From: Candidatus Babelota bacterium
GTDB taxonomy: Bacteria > Babelota > Babeliae > Babelales > Vermiphilaceae
Reading direction: 5' to 3'
Assembly: GCA_049325595.1 (NCBI GenBank)
Contig: JBMOLF010000010.1
Coordinates: 96,001 to 160,000, forward strand
DNA length: 64,000 bases
This document shows, piece by piece, positions 58,219 to 64,000 of this stretch. The notes below the pieces were generated by a model, which saw only the letters and a program-made list of their open reading frames with translations, made no database searches and was not told the origin of the DNA. Position numbers and translations under genes: made by a program. Position 1 is the first letter of the stretch. Every line of letters starts with the position of its first letter.

Positions 58219-59400
58219 ATGCCCTTTTATAAATGGCATGGGGTTGATTTATTAGCAACTTCTTGTTCGGGTAAATTGTATGCGTCATCAATTGAGGAAT
58301 TAAACAATAAACTACGACAAAAAAATATAGCATTATTACGCGCTCGTCCGATAAAAATAATATATTACCGAAAACCACGATTGGCTGATAAAATGGCAGT
58401 GGCAACTCATTTGTCTTATCTTATTAAGGCAGGCATATCAATACCACAGGCACTTGAGTTGGTTGGGAATCAGTTTGCTAACAAAGCATTAGCATGTATG
58501 CTTTATGAAGCTTCTCAAAAAGTGACACAAGGACAGTCTTTAAGTAATGCGATGTGTTCGTATACTATTTTTGATCCGTTGCTTGTACGTTTAGTTGAAA
58601 TAAGCAACCATACTGGCAATGTAGAACGAGCATTTGATCAAGCAATAAATTATTTGTCTGAGCGACAAGTTCTTTATAGAACGTTGTGGTCTGCCGCTTC
58701 TATGCCCCTTATTACTTTTTTTTTATTTATGGGGATTTCAATTTTTGCCTTGCTGGTGCTGATTCCCCAGTTTGCCCATTTATACCAATCAATGAATATT
58801 CAATTGCCTGAATCTACTCAAAAGTTGTTGATGATAAATCAGTTGGCAAACGATAAAGATCTTTATGTACTTGGTGGTATGGCTATAGCTTGTTGTGCCA
58901 GTATTTGCCTATGCATGAAAAGGTTTTTTAAAAAAATAGTTATGGCGATATTTTGGCATTTTCCTGTTTGCTCTCGAGTAATGCGTTCGTATGTATATGC
59001 ATTGTTTTTTGATTCGGTAGGTTACCAATTACAATCTGGTATTCCACTTGCTGATGCGCTTAAATCCAGCATAGTAATAGTTAATGATCTTCCGGTGATT
59101 ACTTTATTTAGAGGGATTATTCAAGAAGTAGAATCAGGCATGTCTCTTGGAAATTCGATGGCTCGTGCAAACTTATGGCAGCAGGATACTATAGCGATGA
59201 TTAATATAGGTTATGAATCAGGTACACTTGCCACTATGATAACTGCTATAGGAATGCGTTATCGCCAATATTTTCAAAAGCAACTAGAAAAAATAACTTT
59301 CTTTTTCCAGCCATTTTTACTCTTAGTATTAGGCCTTATGATTGGTTATTTTGTCTATGCTCTTTATATGCCTATCTTTTCCGTTGGCAATAGCTTTTGA
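58219..59400 (+). CDS. Type II secretion/type IV pilus platform protein (GspF/PilC family)
   Basis: L..LIKAGISI.QAL, G.SLS.AM, YP-like MP, SGIPLADAL, IGYESGTL, QP.L...ALYMPIF. Confidence 0.9.
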   Translation: MPFYKWHGVDLLATSCSGKLYASSIEELNNKLRQKNIALLRARPIKIIYYRKPRLADKMAVATHLSYLIKAGISIPQALELVGNQFANKALACMLYEASQKVTQGQSLSNAMCSYTIFDPLLVRLVEISNHTGNVERAFDQAINYLSERQVLYRTLWSAASMPLITFFLFMGISIFALLVLIPQFAHLYQSMNIQLPESTQKLLMINQLANDKDLYVLGGMAIACCASICLCMKRFFKKIVMAIFWHFPVCSRVMRSYVYALFFDSVGYQLQSGIPLADALKSSIVIVNDLPVITLFRGIIQEVESGMSLGNSMARANLWQQDTIAMINIGYESGTLATMITAIGMRYRQYFQKQLEKITFFFQPFLLLVLGLMIGYFVYALYMPIFSVGNSF

Positions 59401-59483
59401 AAAACAATCTTTTTTTCCTTTTAGAAATTGACGGACCTAAGAAATTGATTTATTATTTAACTACCATTTCAATAAAAAAGCAT

Positions 59484-59571
59484 GCCGGAATGGCGGAATT
59501 GGTAGACGCACGGGACTCAAAATCCCGCGGTGTTTGACACTGTGTCGGTTCGAGTCCGACTTCCGGCACCA
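59484..59571 (+). tRNA. tRNA-Leu(CAA)
   Basis: GCCGGAA/TTCCGGC acceptor, CGGGA-CTCAAAA-TCCCG, long variable arm, CCA. Confidence 0.96.
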
Positions 59572-59586
59572 ATTAATGGCGTAGCA

Positions 59587-59922
59587 ATGAAAAATTCATG
59601 CATATTTTGCAAAATTATTCAAAAGTCTCTTCCTTCTCAAATTGTTGCTGAAACAGATGATATTCTAGTTATTAAAGATATCGCTCCCAAGGCTCCTATA
59701 CATTATTTACTGTTACCAAAAAAACATCTTAAAGATTTACGTGAGTTAACTCCTGATGATTCTAAGCTAGCAGGTAATCTTTTATTAATGGCTGCGCTGT
59801 TAGCAGAAAAAGAAAATACCGGTTTTCGCTTAGTAGTAAATAATGGTGAAGATGCGGGGCAAATAGTATTTCATGCCCATGTGCATTTTTTAGCGGGCAA
59901 AAAGATGAAGCATGATTTATAA
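59587..59922 (+). CDS. HIT family nucleotide-binding protein (HinT-like)
   Basis: CIFCKII, DIAPKAP.H, N.G..AGQ.VFHAHVH; start moved to ATG 59587 because 59530 lies in the tRNA. Confidence 0.93.
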   Translation: MKNSCIFCKIIQKSLPSQIVAETDDILVIKDIAPKAPIHYLLLPKKHLKDLRELTPDDSKLAGNLLLMAALLAEKENTGFRLVVNNGEDAGQIVFHAHVHFLAGKKMKHDL

Positions 59923-59932
59923 TCTTTTGTAT

Positions 59933-60019
59933 GTCGAGATGGCCAAACTGGCAGACGCACCAGCTTCAAGTGCTGGCGGTGGCAACAACATGCCGGTTCA
60001 AATCGGGCTCTCGACACCA
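59933..60019 (+). tRNA. Degenerate tRNA-Leu (anticodon CAA), possible pseudo-tRNA
   Basis: Intact acceptor GTCGAGA/TCTCGAC and anticodon stem CCAGC/GCTGG, CCA end; mismatches in D, variable and T stems. Confidence 0.75.
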
Positions 60020-60023
60020 TAAA

Positions 60024-60359
60024 TCAACTGATTTTAAGACCATTAGCAACAGGACGTTCTGGCTGTAATAAAACACACCTGCCTTCATTATCAACTATTC
60101 CTGTAACTAAACAGTCTGAGGAAAAGTCAGCAATTTTTTTAGGTGGAAAATTGATTACACCAATAATTTGTTTCCCAATAAGATTTTCGGGTGTATAAAA
60201 TGCAGTAATTTGAGCACTTGATTTTTTTATACCAAACTCCCCAAAATCTATCCATAACTTGTAGGCAGGTTTCTTGGCCTTAGGAAACTCTTCTACTCTG
60301 ATAATGGTGCCGGTCCGTAATTCGATTGCATCAAATTGTTCCCAGTTTATTAAATTCAT
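60024..60359 (-). CDS. csaA: tRNA-binding protein / secretion chaperone CsaA
   Basis: FPKAKKPAYKLWIDFG, KKSSAQIT..Y, NFPPKKI. Confidence 0.9.
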   Translation of the reverse strand: MNLINWEQFDAIELRTGTIIRVEEFPKAKKPAYKLWIDFGEFGIKKSSAQITAFYTPENLIGKQIIGVINFPPKKIADFSSDCLVTGIVDNEGRCVLLQPERPVANGLKIS

Positions 60360-60468
60360 GTTAATTTACCTTTGCTGGTTATGACATAACTAATAGCAAG
60401 ATTGGCTGACATTATATATGAATTTACTTATCTTGTTAAAAAAATTAGAGATTAAAAATAGGTGAGCT

Positions 60469-61404
60469 GTGTACAATGTAATGAATATGCTTAAAATTTT
60501 CTGGGGTTTTGCGCTGTTAGCAAGTGGTATTGTCGCTAACAAAATTATTTTACTTTACGTGCCACCAATTTTATCAGTTGCGTTGCGCATGATTATTGCA
60601 GGATCGATATTGCTTGCATTTGCTTTACGTCGCGTGCACAATTTACGCTGGTCTTATATCAAACAAGATGCGTTTGCGCTCATTGGGGCAGGTACTTTGA
60701 CAACATTGGTTCCAGCAATTTTAAAAGCATATGCGCTTAAAAATATGCTTTCATCTAAGGCGGCTTTTTTAGGAAGTTTAGATCCTTTTGTTACTGCCAT
60801 GTATGCGTATTTGTTTTGGCGGGAAACATTAAATTGGCAAAAGGCGGTAGGAATATTTTTTGGTTTTGCGGGCGCAGTAATAATGTTAGTATCATCAGCG
60901 CCGGCAGAAGCTAACTTAATTGCATGGGGACGTTTGTCATATCCTGAGCTAGCAGCACTTGCTGCTATGGCTTTAGGTCGACTTGGTTGGATGGTAGTTC
61001 AAAAATTAATGAGATCAAATCGTTATAGTGCTGCAGAAATGAGTAGTGTGAGTATGTTATTTAGTGGTAGTTTGGCGTTTTTACTATCTCTTTATTATGA
61101 GCAAATAACCACTGTTTGTTTTGATAATTTGACTCATTTATTTGCTGCATTGTTATGGACCGCTATTATCGGTAATGTAATTGCGTACACTATGTATACA
61201 AATTTCTTAAAGCATTATAGCTCTACCTTTATCTCATTGACTGGATTTTCAGTGCCCATATTTGTCTATTTATATGGTTGGATGTTGCTTGGTGAACCAC
61301 TTACCTTTTCATTTATAGCAGCTATTTCAGTCACCTTAATTGGTGTGTTAATTTTTTACAGTGCAGAAATTAAAAAGCCGTCATTCTTTGCTTATAAACA
61401 ATAA
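60469..61404 (+). CDS. EamA/DMT family transporter
   Basis: About 10 TM helices in two repeats; P.F..LYGW.LLGE.L. Confidence 0.88.
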   Translation: MYNVMNMLKIFWGFALLASGIVANKIILLYVPPILSVALRMIIAGSILLAFALRRVHNLRWSYIKQDAFALIGAGTLTTLVPAILKAYALKNMLSSKAAFLGSLDPFVTAMYAYLFWRETLNWQKAVGIFFGFAGAVIMLVSSAPAEANLIAWGRLSYPELAALAAMALGRLGWMVVQKLMRSNRYSAAEMSSVSMLFSGSLAFLLSLYYEQITTVCFDNLTHLFAALLWTAIIGNVIAYTMYTNFLKHYSSTFISLTGFSVPIFVYLYGWMLLGEPLTFSFIAAISVTLIGVLIFYSAEIKKPSFFAYKQ

Positions 61405-61449
61405 TATTGTTTTTATACAAATAAAAGACAGAACTCAAAAATAGATCAA

Positions 61450-61893
61450 TTAATTATGTAACCACAATCTTAGCTTTTTTTGTAAAAAGGCTGCAAAAGT
61501 AAGAGCCGAATAAAATAATACAAATTTAATGCCTAAATGTACCACATAATCTGCTATATATACCAATTGTTTGATTACTGGAGCGGAAAAATCAAACCAG
61601 TTATAATAAAGACATTTAAGAGGTGCGAGTCCTAATTTTACTGCTAAATAGCGTGTAATAAATTTAACAAATTCGCCTGCGAGAACTAAACTACCTGAAA
61701 GTTTAATTTTTAGATCATAATCGGCAAGATCAAGTTTAACTAAAGACGCCAAGATTACCGGTAATAAAAAAAATACGAGTACATGTAATATTCCTAGATC
61801 ATAATAATAACTAAAGAGAAGAATGCTTGGGATAGAAATTAAGACCCAGAATATTAAATAAAAAGCACATTTAGTGTTATTTTTCATATTCAA
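61450..61893 (-). CDS. Hypothetical membrane protein
   Basis: About 4 hydrophobic segments. Confidence 0.65.
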   Translation of the reverse strand: MNMKNNTKCAFYLIFWVLISIPSILLFSYYYDLGILHVLVFFLLPVILASLVKLDLADYDLKIKLSGSLVLAGEFVKFITRYLAVKLGLAPLKCLYYNWFDFSAPVIKQLVYIADYVVHLGIKFVLFYSALTFAAFLQKKLRLWLHN

Positions 61894-61930
61894 CCATGTA
61901 TTAAAAAATTTTAAATTTTTATTTATATTG

Positions 61931-62845
61931 TTATGTTGCTAAATCACTTTCTGGATCAATGGGATTTTTTAGTTCATCGCCATAAAAAAGATACAATCCA
62001 ATAAATACAATTACTGCTGAAATAACAAAATTCCAGGTAATTGTTTCATGTAATATTAGCCATCCATAAAAAGCAGTAAAGAGTGGCCCAAGAAAGCCGG
62101 CGAATGATAAAAACGTTGCGGTGTATCGCTTTAATAAGTGCGCATATAAATTATGGCAAATAATATTGCTAATCAAAATGATAAGCAATAACCATCCAAT
62201 AAAACTTCCAAGTGAAGGTATAGGTTGAATACCTTCGGTAAATATACCCGTAGCTAGAGCGAATAGTCCGCCAATAAACATGCTAAAGCCATTGATAAGT
62301 GAAGGAGAGTGATTGCGATGACGAACCATTTGGCGCATTACAATCCAACTATAACTATGAGCGGCAACTGCTCCTAAAATGGCAAGTTCGGGCCAAGAAA
62401 CAAATGATATTTCTCCGATAATTTGTTCGGATTTGGAAGTGGTCATTAAAAGAGGAATAATTCCAATAAATCCAATTGCAAGTCCAATCCATTGGCGTAA
62501 TGTAGGTTTTTCTTTGAATATCAAATATGAATAAAATGATGAAAAGAATGGTGCTACATTAAATAAAAAAGCTGTTTTTGAGGAGGGTAAATAGGTTAAA
62601 CCCCAAAATCTGAGAATATAAGTTATATAAATGCCAAAGAAAATAATTTGAGCAAGCAACCATAAATCTTTTTTGTGAAAACTAAATCGTTGTCGAACAT
62701 AAAATCGCTCATAACCGAGCAGTAATGCACCGGCAATAACCATACGAATGCCCGTATAGAAAATAGGTGTCACATAGCTGAGCAAAATTTTACTCATTGG
62801 AAAAGAAGTAGCAAAAAGAGCATAGAGTAATAAAATTAAAAACAT
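61931..62845 (-). CDS. EamA/DMT family transporter
   Basis: About 10 TM helices; paralog of 60469..61404 (SSK.AF, PELA, LK.Y..TF.S..GF). Confidence 0.88.
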   Translation of the reverse strand: MFLILLLYALFATSFPMSKILLSYVTPIFYTGIRMVIAGALLLGYERFYVRQRFSFHKKDLWLLAQIIFFGIYITYILRFWGLTYLPSSKTAFLFNVAPFFSSFYSYLIFKEKPTLRQWIGLAIGFIGIIPLLMTTSKSEQIIGEISFVSWPELAILGAVAAHSYSWIVMRQMVRHRNHSPSLINGFSMFIGGLFALATGIFTEGIQPIPSLGSFIGWLLLIILISNIICHNLYAHLLKRYTATFLSFAGFLGPLFTAFYGWLILHETITWNFVISAVIVFIGLYLFYGDELKNPIDPESDLAT

Positions 62846-62993
62846 GGCGCTCCATATAGTCAGATCTGATAATTTTTTTATTTTTAGTGTATAACAAAAG
62901 CCTTAATTTGTCTTTGGTCTTTTTTATGTTACATTCTTTGCAGTTTAGAGAATAAATAATGCTTTGGTAAGAATTTTTATGAAGAGGTTTTGG

Positions 62994-64000
62994 ATGAATC
63001 GTGTGTATGCTTTTTTAGTGAGTATATTTCTTTCTATTTTTTCAACAACAGTTATGAGTTATATTTCAATGGCTGCTCCGATTGGCCCTTGGATTGCTCC
63101 TACATTAGTTTTATGTGCCAGTTTATTATTTTCATGGGTACGTTCTAAAGAAAGTTTTACTACCACAGTTGCTCTGGTAACTGCAGCAGGATCTGTTGGG
63201 GGGATAATTGCAACCGCATTTGCATTTTCATTTCCGGCTATTTATTTTCTTGATTCGGCAACATTTAATCGTTGGTTAGGAAACCCATGGTATTTTGCAC
63301 AAATTATGACCGGGTTATCTTTAGCTGCTGGTAGTTTTGGCATTTGGATTGCCAACTTGTATGAGGATGATTTAATACAAGTACAACAATTACCTTTTCC
63401 TATTGGTCAACTCATTTATAAAATGATTTCAGCAGGCAATCAAGTACGAAAAGGGATCGAGTTAGTAGTTGGTTTTGTTTCTGCAACTATAATTTCTATT
63501 TTACAAGACGGTCTTTTTTTTAAAGGATTTGTCCCTAAAGCAATTACGTTATTACACGCCCGATCTTTGAGTGTTATTTCTATTCCGCTACTTCGTTTTG
63601 ATCTTTGGCCAATGCTGTGGGCGATTGGTTTTGTTACTGGTCATGTAATCGCAATTCCCCTATTGGTTGGCGCAATATCAAAAATTATTATTATAGATCC
63701 ACTTAATAATGTCTTTTTCCCCTCGCTGAATAGTATGGATTTTGTATTAGCGTTTTGCAGCGGTATGGTGTTAGCAGGAGCGGCATTAGGATTTTTATTT
63801 AGTCCTCAAGCTCTATGGAATTCACTAAAAAAATATGTTGATAAAAATAACACAGCGTATAATTTTTCCCGTTATACAAAGAACATTCTCATACAGGGTC
63901 TCATAACAATACTAATCTGTATGGGGTATTTATCATATTTTGGATTTGGAAGTCTGCCAATTGCATTGTTGCTGTTAGCCTCAGGAATATGTAGCTACCA
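62994..64000 (+). CDS. OPT family oligopeptide transporter, 3'-truncated by the window edge; not in the ORF track
   Basis: GAGG RBS; MNRVYAFLVSIFLSIFSTTVMSYISMAAPIGPW...AAGSVGGIIATA..FSFPAIYFL...QLPFPIG; highly hydrophobic. Confidence 0.7.
   Translation, partial: MNRVYAFLVSIFLSIFSTTVMSYISMAAPIGPWIAPTLVLCASLLFSWVRSKESFTTTVALVTAAGSVGGIIATAFAFSFPAIYFLDSATFNRWLGNPWYFAQIMTGLSLAAGSFGIWIANLYEDDLIQVQQLPFPIGQLIYKMISAGNQVRKGIELVVGFVSATIISILQDGLFFKGFVPKAITLLHARSLSVISIPLLRFDLWPMLWAIGFVTGHVIAIPLLVGAISKIIIIDPLNNVFFPSLNSMDFVLAFCSGMVLAGAALGFLFSPQALWNSLKKYVDKNNTAYNFSRYTKNILIQGLITILICMGYLSYFGFGSLPIALLLLASGICSY

Noticed and set aside
59530..59586. N-terminal extension of the HIT protein
   Set aside because: Starts within tRNA-Leu; homolog-like sequence begins at MKNSCIFC.

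Overview
AT-rich bacterial chromosome segment. The gene content (many signal-peptide proteins with eukaryote-like ankyrin, Sel1, WD40, RING and C2H2 zinc-finger domains; DUF2608; housekeeping operons broken into single genes) points to an intracellular parasite of eukaryotic cells, most likely Ca. Dependentiae/Babeliales (TM6); this taxonomy is inference. Housekeeping genes: atpA (partial), arfB, FKBP PPIase, msrAB, groES-groEL, class I aldolase, ftsL-ftsI, bamA, cysS, trxA, dps, csaA, HIT, two EamA transporters, a partial OPT transporter and six tRNA genes (one degenerate). Three things stand out. (1) A cluster of five signal-peptide proteins built like eukaryotic zinc-finger transcription factors (candidate nucleus-targeted effectors). 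(2) A ~5.7 kb element in tRNA-Arg(UCU) with a large serine recombinase, a toxin-antitoxin pair and a Rep-like protein; the integrase stop codon lies inside the tRNA and a possible displaced C-terminal tail sits at the far end. (3) A covarying palindromic repeat family whose hairpin starts with the CCA of three different tRNAs, with one 30-nt copy in frame inside the Rep gene. Further effector candidates: ankyrin+RING protein, CaaX-tailed protein, kinase-like protein. All calls come from reading motifs by eye; no database search was run.
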